A program made the position numbers and the translations under genes. The notes beneath the pieces are model-generated. The model was not told the origin of the DNA, searched no databases, and saw nothing but the letters and a program-made list of their open reading frames with translations. Of a DNA stretch of 64,000 nucleotides, positions 19,971 through 30,787 are shown piece by piece. Positions within the stretch are counted from its first letter, which is position 1, and every line of letters starts with the position of its first letter. The stretch is from Syntrophales bacterium (lineage in GTDB: Bacteria; Desulfobacterota; Syntrophia; Syntrophales; PHBD01), in NCBI GenBank assembly GCA_963668175.1, contig OY764159.1:3840001-3904000 (forward strand), in the 5' to 3' direction.

Positions 19971-20771
19971 CTAAGAACACTTTACCAAGGATTCGAGGTC
20001 CGCGGCGATGATATTCACCGGCGGATGCCAAGCCTCGGCTTCTTCCCGTGACGAAACACCGCTCAGCACCAGAGCTACCGGACATCCGGCTTTCTGCCCC
20101 GCCGCAATATCCGTATCTAATCGATCGCCGACGACCAATACCCGCTCCCTCGGCAGCCCCAGGCGCCGACAAGCGAGGTCTATCAGCGCAGGAGAAGGTT
20201 TACCGGCATAAATGGGACATATTCCCGTTGCCGTAGATATTACGGATATCCAGGAACCGGCTCCCGGGATCTTGCCGCGCGGCGTCGGAAAAGTCCTGTC
20301 CGGGTTCGTGGCATAAAACGGAAGGCCGCTCTGCACCAATAAGGCGGCTTCGGAAAATTTCCTGACAGTAAGATGCCTATCCATTCCTATCGCGACGGCC
20401 TGCGCCTTTTCAGCCTCTTCAAGGGACAGAGTAACAAAATTCCTATCTTTCAAGGCTTCGATCAGACCCGACTCGCCAACCGCAAAAACGTTTCCCCCCT
20501 GAGGAAATCTTTCACCCAGCATATGAGCCAGAACAAGGGATGATGTAATGATTTGCCTTTCCTCCACTTTCAGGCCGAATCCATCCATCCGCTTGACGTA
20601 CTCGCGGGGAGTCCGGGTACCGTTGTTTGTAGCGAAGACCGTCTTAAGCCCGCGCGTTCTTATTGCGTTGAAGATGGCCGTCAAATCCCCGATGGGTGAA
20701 TCCGATTTCCATAAAACGCCGTCCATGTCCAATATTAACGCGCGTATATCATCCGGTATGGTACAAATCAT
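19971..20771 (-). CDS. HAD-IIA family phosphatase (NagD-like)
   Basis: LDMDGVL, TNN, ATNPD, GKP, VGDRLDTDI, VLSGVS. Confidence 0.93.
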   Translation of the reverse strand: MICTIPDDIRALILDMDGVLWKSDSPIGDLTAIFNAIRTRGLKTVFATNNGTRTPREYVKRMDGFGLKVEERQIITSSLVLAHMLGERFPQGGNVFAVGESGLIEALKDRNFVTLSLEEAEKAQAVAIGMDRHLTVRKFSEAALLVQSGLPFYATNPDRTFPTPRGKIPGAGSWISVISTATGICPIYAGKPSPALIDLACRRLGLPRERVLVVGDRLDTDIAAGQKAGCPVALVLSGVSSREEAEAWHPPVNIIAADLESLVKCS

Positions 20772-20982
20772 AGAGAAACGATATCCCAAAACCGGATCGA
20801 TTCGCACGTACTACGCTCATTTTTGCCGTAAATCCCACCGGTAATAGTATTCACCATTCTAAGACAATATTTCATACAATTCTGTATCACTTATGCAGAC
20901 GTTCAGCAAGTCTTTTTTGTATGACAAAACCGCTGAGACAGGAACTGGTATAGAAGATTCGAGAAATATGTGGAGACTGTTG

Positions 20983-21009
20983 AAAAAGGGCTTCCCTCGG
21001 GAAGCCCTT
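20983..21009 (-). terminator. Rho-independent terminator of tRNA-Arg
   Basis: AAGGGCTTCCC/GGGAAGCCCTT hairpin followed by a T-run on the minus strand, immediately 3' of the tRNA CCA. Confidence 0.85.
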
Positions 21010-21013
21010 GTAA

Positions 21014-21090
<77 letters not shown>

Positions 21091-21163
21091 ATGTCCAATG
21101 ATATGTGTAAAGAAAGAGCGTCTTAACCCCTTTTGACCGCTTTTGTCAAGATATCTTGTCGGT

Positions 21164-22870
21164 TCAGCGAACATAGCCCGCTATCCCGTCGAAGCGGTAG
21201 CCTTTCTGCCTCATTCCTTCACCAGAAGGATCTGTCGTGTAAAAGTGGTTCCCCCTGGAAGGATTGTACCACCGATACAGTTCCTTGGTTCCGGTCAAAC
21301 GCGACGAACCGATATTGCCGATGACACCTTCATAAATATAACCGTTCAAGGATTTCCCGCCGCCCTTAAGGTCATAGGAATAGAAACGGTCGCCTTTCTG
21401 TGGGTTGTACCATCGGTGAAAATTCGTGGTTCCTGGTGTGCCTGGTACAAAAAGCCGAAAGGCGATTCCCTGCTTCTGGTAGTTGCCGGCCTGTATGCTC
21501 TTCGCCTCTGCCTGGGGGTTGCTCGTAAGAAAATAGTCGTATCCGCGGACGAAACGGTACACGTCAAGGATCTTCGGCATATTTGACAACCCGACCTCGA
21601 CGGAAACCTCGACCATTTTCCGACCGCCGTTGGAGGTGAAAAGAATATTTTCCGTATAAGACCCGGGACTCATGGACTGCGGGTTTACTGTGAGGGTAAT
21701 GTAGTCGGTTTCCCGAACCGTCCTTCCACTGATCGGAAACGCCTTCAGCCAGCCGGGGGGTCCTTTCATGAATTCTTTACCCAAAATCCGAACGCCTTCG
21801 ATGGCAACGTGCCCCTCTTTGCTCATCAGGGTCAGGGTATGTTGACCGTCCGGAAGGCCTTCGACGACGGCAAATTCCGCTTCTTCCTTTTGTTCGCTCA
21901 ACGATTCGGCGCGGCTGACAAATTTATCATCGATATATGCCGACAGGTTGCCCCCGTCGGGACCTTTCCAAAACAGAACGGAAATTCCCGTCCCGCTGAA
22001 TTGGTAGCGAAGCGTGCTATTCGGTGCCGCTGCTACGGGATAGCCGTTATCCTCCGACCATAAGCCGAACGTTTCCACGCTGTCTTTCAACGGTATCGGC
22101 AGGACGTAGGCCCGGCTTCCCCTGACGGCTTCGTTTATGAAGGAAACATAACGCCCTTTCCTGGCCGGTCCCGCCTGGTCTCCGGCCTGTGTATTCGGCG
22201 CAACCTTCAGCGTCCACCGGAGAATATCCTTTCCTTTATTGGCCAATTCAAGTCTTTTGGTAACCGTGGCATTCCCGCTGATATTGCCGAAATCCACCCG
22301 GGACGGGAAGACTTCCAGAATGGGCTCCGTATCCACCGGCGTAATTTTAAATTTCAGAAAAAGACTTCTCACAATGCCGCTGGAACTGATTTTGAGACTC
22401 TCCCGGTAGAATCCCGGCATCATCTCCTTCCGGCACGTCATGGTCATATTTTCTATCGTCAGGCTGAGAATCATGGTCCCGAAGTGATTTTTCGGCCGGG
22501 AACTATTCTCTTCGCCGTTGGCCTTTACATACTTAAGCATGATACGCATGGGGACGATTGAACTTTCCAGGTTGCCCTTCAGCATTTGATCGTCTGTACA
22601 GAACCAGCCTTCGGGCTTGCTTATCATCCAGTTCATGCTGCCGCTGCCAAGATTCCGCAGGGAAATCGTGCTTGACGCCTCCGCGCCGGGTGAAATTGTA
22701 CCGAGATCCACTTCTTTGGGCGATATCGACAGAATAGGGCGCATCACGTTATACTGATCGTTGCCCCGGGCGGCGGAAAGGATCAATTTGCCGTCCCTGC
22801 CGTAAACGGTCCCGGATAGGGCCAGGCACAAGAGAAGGGCCGCCCAAACATGTAATAGTTTCCTTGCCAT
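21164..22870 (-). CDS. Exported multidomain surface protein (Ig/BACON-like domains, beta-sandwich insert, C-terminal YRWYNP-type repeats, DUF5648-like)
   Basis: Signal peptide; two P..VDxG..S...NxG..L.W Ig-like starts; repeats YRFVRG, HRWYNP, YRWYNP. AAAGGAG precedes ATG at 22870. Confidence 0.7.
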   Translation of the reverse strand: MARKLLHVWAALLLCLALSGTVYGRDGKLILSAARGNDQYNVMRPILSISPKEVDLGTISPGAEASSTISLRNLGSGSMNWMISKPEGWFCTDDQMLKGNLESSIVPMRIMLKYVKANGEENSSRPKNHFGTMILSLTIENMTMTCRKEMMPGFYRESLKISSSGIVRSLFLKFKITPVDTEPILEVFPSRVDFGNISGNATVTKRLELANKGKDILRWTLKVAPNTQAGDQAGPARKGRYVSFINEAVRGSRAYVLPIPLKDSVETFGLWSEDNGYPVAAAPNSTLRYQFSGTGISVLFWKGPDGGNLSAYIDDKFVSRAESLSEQKEEAEFAVVEGLPDGQHTLTLMSKEGHVAIEGVRILGKEFMKGPPGWLKAFPISGRTVRETDYITLTVNPQSMSPGSYTENILFTSNGGRKMVEVSVEVGLSNMPKILDVYRFVRGYDYFLTSNPQAEAKSIQAGNYQKQGIAFRLFVPGTPGTTNFHRWYNPQKGDRFYSYDLKGGGKSLNGYIYEGVIGNIGSSRLTGTKELYRWYNPSRGNHFYTTDPSGEGMRQKGYRFDGIAGYVR

Positions 22871-23025
22871 GCCTGAAATGAACTCCTTTCGTGGCATTAC
22901 CTAGCGTATACCCGTGAAGAAAGCAAAGGTTTTTCGCAAAACTGAAAATACTTGACACCCCATAAAAATCCGATATATCGTCGCGCGGTTTTTCATTGAC
23001 ATACATTTATGTGATACTATCGAAT

Positions 23026-24171
23026 ATGACCGATAGCGAAGACAAATACTGGCTTGCCCTGAAATCGATCGACGGGGTGGGCAATGTCGGCATGAAAAAA
23101 CTGGTGGATGCCTGCGGATCGGCCCGCCGGGTTTTTTCCGCGCCTGTCGGAAATTTGAAAACAATAGGAGGAATTGGCTCCACAATCATTGCACGGATCA
23201 AGGCCTTTGACGACTGGGATAAGGTGGATGGCGAACTCGAAAAAGTGGCCAAGCTTCAGGCTTATATCCTTAATTATCAGGATCCTATTTATCCGGCCGC
23301 CCTCCTCAATATATACGATTTTCCGCCTTTTCTTTACGTAAAGGGAAGATTGGACCCTGACGACGTTTACATAGCCGTCGTCGGTTCGAGAATGGCCAGC
23401 AGTTACGGTCGATATACGACGGAGAGACTGTGCAGAGAAATGGGGATGAAAGGCATTACCATCGTGAGCGGCATGGCCAGGGGTATCGATTCAGCGGCGC
23501 ACCGCGGAGCCCTGACGGGGAAAGGAAGAACGGTTGCCGTTCTGGGTTGCGGACTGGATATCGTCTATCCGCCTGAAAATGCAAGTCTCATGGAAGAAAT
23601 AGCCTCACACGGCGCCGTCATCACGGAATTTCCCTTGGGAACGCAACCCAACGGACCCAATTTTCCCGCCCGTAACCGGATCATCAGCGGCATGTCTCTC
23701 GGTGTGGTCGTCGTCGAAGCAACGGACAAAAGCGGTTCTCTCATCACGGCAAGAATGGCCCTGGAACAGGGCCGGGAAGTTTTCGCCGTTCCCGGCAGCA
23801 TCGACGCCAGCGGATCGAAAGGCACAAACCGTCTGATCAAAGACGGGGCAAAACTTGTAGAAAGTGTCGATGACATTCTGGAAGAGCTTCTGCCCCAGAT
23901 CGCGGGAAGACGGGAACAAGAACCTCTTAAGGAAACGGGTACGAAAAAGACGGAAAGGGCAAGCACGAAGGCCTCCGCCCCTGATGACGGTCTGATGGAG
24001 GAAAACGAGAGAATTCTATATAGGATGATCTCGACCGATCCGGTCGATGCCGACAGCCTGATAGCCTCTTCGGGTCTCGGGACGGGCATTGTGTTGACGA
24101 CCCTCATGAACATGGAGTTGAAGGGCCGCATCCGGCAATTGCCGGGCAAAACATTCATACGCAAGGAATAA
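23026..24171 (+). CDS. dprA: DNA-processing protein DprA
   Basis: AVVGSR, VSGMARGID, NFPARNRIISG, SGSLITA, GREVFAVPG; lies upstream of topA. Confidence 0.96.
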   Translation: MTDSEDKYWLALKSIDGVGNVGMKKLVDACGSARRVFSAPVGNLKTIGGIGSTIIARIKAFDDWDKVDGELEKVAKLQAYILNYQDPIYPAALLNIYDFPPFLYVKGRLDPDDVYIAVVGSRMASSYGRYTTERLCREMGMKGITIVSGMARGIDSAAHRGALTGKGRTVAVLGCGLDIVYPPENASLMEEIASHGAVITEFPLGTQPNGPNFPARNRIISGMSLGVVVVEATDKSGSLITARMALEQGREVFAVPGSIDASGSKGTNRLIKDGAKLVESVDDILEELLPQIAGRREQEPLKETGTKKTERASTKASAPDDGLMEENERILYRMISTDPVDADSLIASSGLGTGIVLTTLMNMELKGRIRQLPGKTFIRKE

Positions 24172-24173
24172 AC

Positions 24174-26582
24174 ATGTCAACATCTCTTATCATTGTGGAA
24201 TCGCCGACCAAGGTCAAGACGATCAAGAAATATCTGCCCGCCAGTTTCGAGGTCGTCGCATCGGTGGGACACATCAAGGATTTACCCAAGAGCAAGCTCG
24301 GGATCGACGTGGAAAACAATTTCGAGCCGACCTATCTGGTTCTGGAAAGCAAGAAGAAGGTCATCAGCGATCTCAAGAAGGCAGCCAAGCAAGCCGATCA
24401 TATCTACCTGGCGCCGGACCCGGACCGGGAGGGCGAAGCCATCGCCTGGCATATCGCCGAAGAGGTCAAAGCCAAGGGCAAGACGATTGAACGTGTTCTC
24501 TTCAACGATCTCACGAAAAACACGATTCTCGAATCGCTCCGGCACCCCCTGCAGCTCAACTTCAACAAATACGAGGCCCAGCAGACGCGCCGCATCCTGG
24601 ACCGCCTGGTCGGCTATACGATCAGTCCCATCCTCTGGGAAAAAGTGAAACGGGGGCTTAGCGCCGGGCGCGTCCAGTCGGTCGCCGTCCGGCTGATTTG
24701 CGACCGGGAAGCGGAGATCAGAAAATTCGTGGCCGTCGAGTACTGGAATATCAACGTCCTTCTGGAAGGTTCGGTACCGCCGACGTTCGAGGCCCGGCTT
24801 CTCAAGATAGACGGAAAAAAGGCCAAAGTCGAAAACGAGGCCCAGTCCCAAAATATCGTAGAGACCCTGGAAAAATCGACCTTCATCGTCCGAAAGCTGG
24901 AGAAGAAGGAGGTCAGGAAGGCACCGCCGCCGCCGTTTACGACGAGCAAGCTCCAGCAGGAAGCGTCCAGGTGGCACCGGTTTTCCGCCAAGAAGACGAT
25001 GAGCGTGGCCCAGAAACTGTACGAAGGCATCGAATTAGGCAAGGAAGGCCCGGTAGGGCTCATTACCTATATGAGAACGGACTCGGTTCGTATTGCCGAA
25101 GACGCCCTGAAGGAGGTAAGGGAGTATATCGTCGCGACCTACGACAAGAGCTATCTGCCGGACAAGCCCCGCCTGTTCAAGAACGCCGCGGAGGCCCAGG
25201 ACGCCCACGAAGCCATCAGGCCGTCGTCCCTGGCCTACAAGCCCCAGGATATCAAACAATACCTGACTCCGGATCAATTCAAACTGTATCAGCTCATCTG
25301 GAACAGATTCGTCGCGAGCCAAATGAATCCAGCCGTATTCGATCAGACGACGATCGACATCGGCGCCGGGATATACCTGTTCCGTGCACAGGGACTCGTC
25401 ATGAAATTCCCGGGTTTCACCGCCCTCTATACCGAAGGCAAAGAGGACAACGGGAACGGCGGCGATCCGGAGACGGGCAAGATACTTCCGGCCGTTGCGG
25501 AAGGGGAGATCCTCAAGCTTCTCTCCATTACGCCCGAACAGAAATTCACCCAACCGCCCCCCCGGTTTTCCGAGGCATCCCTTGTCCGGGAACTGGAAGA
25601 GAAGGGGATCGGCAGACCGAGCACCTATGCCGCGATTCTCAGTACGATCCAGGACCGGGAGTATGTGCGTCTCGACAAGAGCAAATTCTTCCCCACCGAA
25701 CTGGGAGAACTGGTCAACGAACTTCTCGTAAACAATTTCCCGAAAATCCTCGACGTGGCCTTTACGGCGTCGCTGGAGACGCAACTGGATATGATCGAGG
25801 AAGGCAAAACGGGCAGGCAGGAAACCCTGAAGGGTTTTTACCAGCCCTTCGAAGAGGAACTGAAAACCGCCAAGACTCAGATGAGAAAGGTGAAGGGGGA
25901 AGAGACGCCGACCGATCTGACTTGCGACAAGTGCGGCAGCCCCATGGTGATCAAATGGGGAAAGAACGGAAAATTCCTGGCCTGCTCCAACTATCCGGCC
26001 TGCAAGAATACCATGAACTTTACCCAGGACGAAAACGGCAAGATCGTCCACGAAGAAACGCCAAAGACGGAGACCGTCTGCAACAAATGCGGTAAGCCCA
26101 TGGTCGTCAAGAGAGGCCGGTTCGGTCAGTTTCTGGCCTGTTCGGGCTACCCGGATTGCAAAAACACAATGAACATCGCCGGCGGCACGGCCGAAACACA
26201 ACCGGTTGCCGAAGAAGTCACCGATATCAAATGCCCCAAATGCGGCCAGCCCATGGCCGTAAAAAAAGGCCGGTTCGGAAAATTCCTCGGCTGCACGGGT
26301 TATCCCGCCTGCCGGAACATTATGCCGATAAGCACCAACATCCCCTGCCCGGAAGAAGGCTGTACAGGCTTCCTGACGGAGAAAAGATCCAAGACAGGCC
26401 GGTCGTTCTACAGCTGCTCCCGATATCCCCAGTGTAAATACGCGATCTGGAACAAACCGCTGCCCGAACCCTGCCCCAAATGCGGCGCCCCGTTCATCGT
26501 AGAGAAATATTCGGCCAAAACGGGAAACACCAAGGAATGTATTAAAAAAGGGTGCGGGTACAAGGAACCCATAGCGCCGTGA
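24174..26582 (+). CDS. topA: DNA topoisomerase I with multiple C-terminal zinc ribbons
   Basis: [29 protein letters not shown] (catalytic Tyr), GIGRPSTY, repeated CxxC...C..YP.C. Confidence 0.98.
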   Translation: MSTSLIIVESPTKVKTIKKYLPASFEVVASVGHIKDLPKSKLGIDVENNFEPTYLVLESKKKVISDLKKAAKQADHIYLAPDPDREGEAIAWHIAEEVKAKGKTIERVLFNDLTKNTILESLRHPLQLNFNKYEAQQTRRILDRLVGYTISPILWEKVKRGLSAGRVQSVAVRLICDREAEIRKFVAVEYWNINVLLEGSVPPTFEARLLKIDGKKAKVENEAQSQNIVETLEKSTFIVRKLEKKEVRKAPPPPFTTSKLQQEASRWHRFSAKKTMSVAQKLYEGIELGKEGPVGLITYMRTDSVRIAEDALKEVREYIVATYDKSYLPDKPRLFKNAAEAQDAHEAIRPSSLAYKPQDIKQYLTPDQFKLYQLIWNRFVASQMNPAVFDQTTIDIGAGIYLFRAQGLVMKFPGFTALYTEGKEDNGNGGDPETGKILPAVAEGEILKLLSITPEQKFTQPPPRFSEASLVRELEEKGIGRPSTYAAILSTIQDREYVRLDKSKFFPTELGELVNELLVNNFPKILDVAFTASLETQLDMIEEGKTGRQETLKGFYQPFEEELKTAKTQMRKVKGEETPTDLTCDKCGSPMVIKWGKNGKFLACSNYPACKNTMNFTQDENGKIVHEETPKTETVCNKCGKPMVVKRGRFGQFLACSGYPDCKNTMNIAGGTAETQPVAEEVTDIKCPKCGQPMAVKKGRFGKFLGCTGYPACRNIMPISTNIPCPEEGCTGFLTEKRSKTGRSFYSCSRYPQCKYAIWNKPLPEPCPKCGAPFIVEKYSAKTGNTKECIKKGCGYKEPIAP

Positions 26583-27898
26583 CCACAGGTCGCCCCATCA
26601 GTGTGATCGGCGGCGGGCTTGCCGGAACGGAAGCGGCCTGGCAGCTTCTCAAGCGCGGTCACGCGGTGGACCTCTTCGAAATGAGGCCCGCTAAAAGTTC
26701 ACCGGCCCACAAAACCGCCCTGCTCGCCGAACTCGTGTGCAGCAACTCCCTGCGCGCGAGCAGCCGAGAAAACGCCGTCGGCCTTCTTAAAGAGGAGATG
26801 CGCCTCCTAGGGTCCATCATGATCGATTCCGCCGCCAAGGCGGCCGTCCCGGCCGGTCGGGCCCTGGCCGTCGACCGCCGGCTTTTCTCCCTTTTCACGG
26901 AAAACCAGCTCCTGTCCCGGGAACGATTCCGCCTCATCCGCCGGGAATGTACAGAAATACCGGATACTGCGCCCGCCATTATCGCCACGGGCCCGCTGAC
27001 TTCCGACAGTCTCGCCGCCAACATCGCTTCACTCACCGGCAACCGCGACCTCTATTTCTACGACGCCATTTCGCCGATTATTGAAACGGATTCCATCGAT
27101 TTCGATCAGGTCTTCCCGGCCTCACGATATGACGACGAGGACGGCGGGGATTATCTGAACTGCCCTCTGGAAAAGGAAGCGTATGAGCTTTTCTGGAACG
27201 CCCTCGTGGCGGCTGAAGAAGTACCTCTCCGGGATTTCGAAGACGCGAAGTTCTTCGAGGGCTGCCTGCCCGTCGAAGTTATCGCCAAAAGAGGAATAGA
27301 AACGCTTGTTTTCGGGCCGATGAAACCCGTCGGCCTCAGGGACCCGAGAACCGGCAAACAGCCCTATGCCGTCGTCCAACTCCGGCGGGAAAACCGTGAA
27401 GCCACCCTTTACAACATGGTCGGCTTCCAGACCAAGTTGACCTGGCCGGAACAGAGACGAATCTTCAGGATGATTCCGGGACTTAAGGAGGCGGAATTCG
27501 CCCGGCTCGGGTCCATTCACCGCAACACCTACATCAACTCGCCCGTCCTCCTCGATCAATCCCTCCAATTGCGCACCAGACCCGGTATATTCTTTGCCGG
27601 ACAGATTACCGGCGTGGAAGGCTATGTCGAATCGGCGGCCATGGGACTGCTCGCCGGTTTGAGCGCCGCCCGTCTTGCGGAAGGAAGGCCTTTTTTGCCG
27701 CCCCCTCCGACAACGGCCCTGGGCGCCCTCCTGCGTTACATCACATCGGCGGAAAGCCGGACATTCCAGCCGATGAACGTCAACTTCGGTATCTTTCCGC
27801 CCATCACCGAGAGAATTCGCCGCAGGGAGAGAGGTGCATATCGGGCCGAACGGTCCCTGGCCGATCTCGGTCAATGGAAGGAAGCCTGCGGATACTGA
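26579..27898 (+). CDS. trmFO: tRNA m5U54 methyltransferase, FAD/folate-dependent
   Basis: [54 protein letters not shown] start overlaps the topA TGA. Confidence 0.96.
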   Translation: MTTGRPISVIGGGLAGTEAAWQLLKRGHAVDLFEMRPAKSSPAHKTALLAELVCSNSLRASSRENAVGLLKEEMRLLGSIMIDSAAKAAVPAGRALAVDRRLFSLFTENQLLSRERFRLIRRECTEIPDTAPAIIATGPLTSDSLAANIASLTGNRDLYFYDAISPIIETDSIDFDQVFPASRYDDEDGGDYLNCPLEKEAYELFWNALVAAEEVPLRDFEDAKFFEGCLPVEVIAKRGIETLVFGPMKPVGLRDPRTGKQPYAVVQLRRENREATLYNMVGFQTKLTWPEQRRIFRMIPGLKEAEFARLGSIHRNTYINSPVLLDQSLQLRTRPGIFFAGQITGVEGYVESAAMGLLAGLSAARLAEGRPFLPPPPTTALGALLRYITSAESRTFQPMNVNFGIFPPITERIRRRERGAYRAERSLADLGQWKEACGY

Positions 27899-27998
27899 TG
27901 CCTCCCCTGTCACCGGCATACATTCATGCCATTGCTGTGCAGACCGACAGGAAAAACAACGAATGCAATCGAGGGATTTTGACTAGATTCAGCCGGCG

Positions 27999-28775
27999 TC
28001 AGGCCTTGGCATCCCGGTACAGCTGGGTGATCCGCGAAATATACGTGCGGGTCTCCGCCGGAAGCTTTTGCGGATATTTCTCGACGTTGCCCATGCCCCA
28101 GTTATAGGCGGCGAGGGCAAGAGAGACATTGCCGTTGTATCGTTTCAGGAGTCCCTTCAGATATCGCGTCCCGGCCATGATGTTCTCCTCGGGATCGCAG
28201 GCATTCTTAACCCCCAATTCCCGGGCCGTATCGGGCATCAACTGCATCAATCCCATGGCCCCCTTGGGAGAAACGGCATTTGTATTGAAATTGCTTTCCG
28301 CTTTGATGACGCTCCGGATCAGATCGGCATCGATCTGGTAGGTGTCGGCGGCGCGCTCGATGATCGGCTCCAACTCTTTTTTGGAAAACGGAACGGCAGT
28401 TTTTTGATGAGACCGTCGGGATTTTGACGATACCGAAAGATTTTCGGAGGAAAGGTTTTCCGACAGGGCCAAGAGAGACGAAAGAAACGAATTCGAAGGC
28501 GTTTCGTCTTCCTTGTCGCTGACAACGGACAGCCAGAGACGTGCGCTCATCTCCATCTGCATCCTGTTGAGCAGGTTTTCGATTTCCGTCTTGGTTGGGG
28601 GAGATGACGGGCTATTGGAATCCTGCCCGCTTTTCCCTGCAACAAGGACCTCTTTCAGCAGGGCATCGAACCCATTCTCTCTTTTCGCCGTACCGGCACG
28701 CACATCAGACTTAAAACTCGCCTGCTTTTCAAGAGTTATCCAATGTTGGATTCCCCTACCTGATGGTATGGACAT
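27999..28775 (-). CDS. Lytic transglycosylase (SLT domain) with low-complexity N-terminal region
   Basis: VIKAESNF (catalytic Glu), GAMGLMQLMP, ALAAYNWG, ETRTY. Confidence 0.92.
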   Translation of the reverse strand: MSIPSGRGIQHWITLEKQASFKSDVRAGTAKRENGFDALLKEVLVAGKSGQDSNSPSSPPTKTEIENLLNRMQMEMSARLWLSVVSDKEDETPSNSFLSSLLALSENLSSENLSVSSKSRRSHQKTAVPFSKKELEPIIERAADTYQIDADLIRSVIKAESNFNTNAVSPKGAMGLMQLMPDTARELGVKNACDPEENIMAGTRYLKGLLKRYNGNVSLALAAYNWGMGNVEKYPQKLPAETRTYISRITQLYRDAKA

Positions 28776-28807
28776 GCATCACCTCGACGCGGAGATGATA
28801 AATATAA

Positions 28808-28823
28808 ATCAAATTCCATGCCA
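28808..28823 (-). promoter_or_regulatory. Putative sigma54 promoter of the SLT gene
   Basis: Minus strand TGGCAT-GGAAT-TTGAT, 32 nt upstream of the ATG. Confidence 0.55.
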
Positions 28824-28894
28824 TCGTTTAAAAATCGTATGCGATGATTGAATCGGAGGGCTTGGACCGGTACGGTCGATCGGACAGGCAGACC

Positions 28895-29104
28895 TTACGA
28901 TTTTTTCGGAATGAGGTCTTCCCAGGTATAGGCATTTTTTACCGGTGTCTCGTCATGGATGTCGGTTTTTACGGATATCGTCACAACGTCCACAAACTTC
29001 TCCTTCGTGCCGCTTTCAGATACGACAGGGGTTCTGAGGCGCACTTTGTTTTGTTTGCTGTAGGCCTCAACACCGGTATTTATGGGATAGGTCGATATGG
29101 TCAT
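28895..29104 (-). CDS. Small hypothetical protein, possibly FlgM-associated DVU0524-like
   Basis: 69 aa with GGGAAG RBS; MTIS..AY.KQ start and DVVTIS motif; sigma54-like TGGCAA-AAGGG-TTTCA at 29160-29145. Confidence 0.6.
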   Translation of the reverse strand: MTISTYPINTGVEAYSKQNKVRLRTPVVSESGTKEKFVDVVTISVKTDIHDETPVKNAYTWEDLIPKKS

Positions 29105-29366
29105 AAGAATTCTTCCCTATACTATAACTTGCATATACGCCTGTTGAAACCCTTTTGCCATCCTTTTTTTATTCCGGCCGGCCATGCCACTTTTATATAT
29201 TATCCTCATATCATTTTTATAATTGAGCGAAATATTCCCTTATGAACCATTTTTTCCCTAACGATGGACTCTTTTTTGCTAAGGATTCAGAAAGCTACCG
29301 GAAGATACGGAGTATCGCGCTTCTTATGCCGGCTTGAAAGATTTCCCGGCCCGGAAGAGAAAAATT

Positions 29367-29393
29367 TAACATTTTCTTTAAAAATGCCGATAA
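29367..29393 (+). promoter_or_regulatory. Putative sigma28 (FliA) promoter
   Basis: TAAC-N15-GCCGATAA, near-consensus with a perfect -10 element. Confidence 0.75.
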
Positions 29394-29492
29394 ACATACT
29401 ATATCATACGAGACCGTCGATCTGTAACGTATCATAACGATCCGGTCGGGTATCGCGATACGGCGTGCGGGAAAGGGGATGTACTTATCGGT

Positions 29493-30704
29493 ATGGCTTC
29501 ATTATCTGATATTCTGGCACTGAACAGCAGCGACGGCATAGCGTCGGCGCTTCTAAGCCAGCAGACCACAAGAACGCAGCTTGCGAACAACGCCCTCAGT
29601 ACCGGCATCTCGCTGTATCAGGACGGGAAGACAGAGAAGGCCGTTGAGGCGTTCAAGACGGCAGCGGCCTACAACCCGTCGCTCTCCACGGCCTATAAAT
29701 ACATGGGCATGGCCTATTCCAAACTGGGGGATTTCGAATCGGCCATCGAAGCCTACAAAAAGCCCGTTCGGCTCGATCCCGCCTCGACCGAAGCGCGGAC
29801 CGACCTTGCCAATGCGTATATCGACAACAAACAGTATGACGAGGCAGAGGCCCAGTTCAAAGAGGAGATCAGGCTCAATCCCAGATCCGACACGGCCTAT
29901 TACTCGCTCGGCCAGCTTGACCTGCAGAACGGCAAATACGACGACGCCGTAGATGCCTTCAAAAAGGTCACCAGTCTGAAGCCGGATCAGTACAACGGTT
30001 ATTACGGATTGGGGCTTGCGTACAACAAACAGAAAAACTACGCCGCCGCCGTAGACCAATTCCAGAAGTCTATTACCCTGAAGAAAGACTTCGCCTATGC
30101 CTACAACGACCTCGGATACGCCTATGCCGGTTTGGGGGAGACAGACAAGGCCAACGAGCAGGTGAACACCCTCTACAACATGAACACGGCGCAGAGCTAC
30201 TCACTTGCCGCCGAACTCGAGCTTTCCCTCTATACACCCAAGATCGCCGGTATCGATATGTCGTCGTCCAACAACACCTTCACCACGGGTTTCGGCCCCG
30301 ACACGAGTGTCGCTTTTCTCGATCCGTCGCTGTGGACTCCCGGTGCGTCGCATACCTTTTCCGTCGTTATTCAGTTCAACCAGGCCATGGACATATCATC
30401 CGTTCAAAACACGCTCAACTGGTCGATCAGCCAGGCCCAGGGCGGAAAGGGCGGTTGGTACAACAACGGCATCACCATGCATGCCGACAAGGAAATATCC
30501 ATTCCTCCCATGCCCCTCTACGTCGCCTACGATCCTTCAACCTATCAGGCAACCGTATTCTTTAAGATCAATCAGAACGCCACCGGGGATGGGGTTACCG
30601 ATCCGTCCCATTGGGTCTTCAAGTTCACCGGCACGGATATCAGCGGCAATGCCATGGATAAAACCGGAGATGAATACGACAGATTCGCCAATGAGTCCTT
30701 CTGA
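29493..30704 (+). CDS. TPR-repeat protein with C-terminal beta-rich domain
   Basis: About six 34-aa TPRs (AY..MG.AY, AYY.LG, AYNDLG); Ser/Thr/Asn-rich C-terminus. Confidence 0.88.
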   Translation: MASLSDILALNSSDGIASALLSQQTTRTQLANNALSTGISLYQDGKTEKAVEAFKTAAAYNPSLSTAYKYMGMAYSKLGDFESAIEAYKKPVRLDPASTEARTDLANAYIDNKQYDEAEAQFKEEIRLNPRSDTAYYSLGQLDLQNGKYDDAVDAFKKVTSLKPDQYNGYYGLGLAYNKQKNYAAAVDQFQKSITLKKDFAYAYNDLGYAYAGLGETDKANEQVNTLYNMNTAQSYSLAAELELSLYTPKIAGIDMSSSNNTFTTGFGPDTSVAFLDPSLWTPGASHTFSVVIQFNQAMDISSVQNTLNWSISQAQGGKGGWYNNGITMHADKEISIPPMPLYVAYDPSTYQATVFFKINQNATGDGVTDPSHWVFKFTGTDISGNAMDKTGDEYDRFANESF

Positions 30705-30787
30705 TGCCGTCCATTCGGAAGTTTGCTGTGAGAAAACGAAACGTCGACGAACCTCATCGTCAGGTATCCCTTCCCCTGCCCCGCCAT

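Noticed and set aside
25915..26330. Repeated DNA units in topA as a CRISPR or repeat array
   Set aside because: They are in-frame zinc-ribbon domain repeats typical of TopA.
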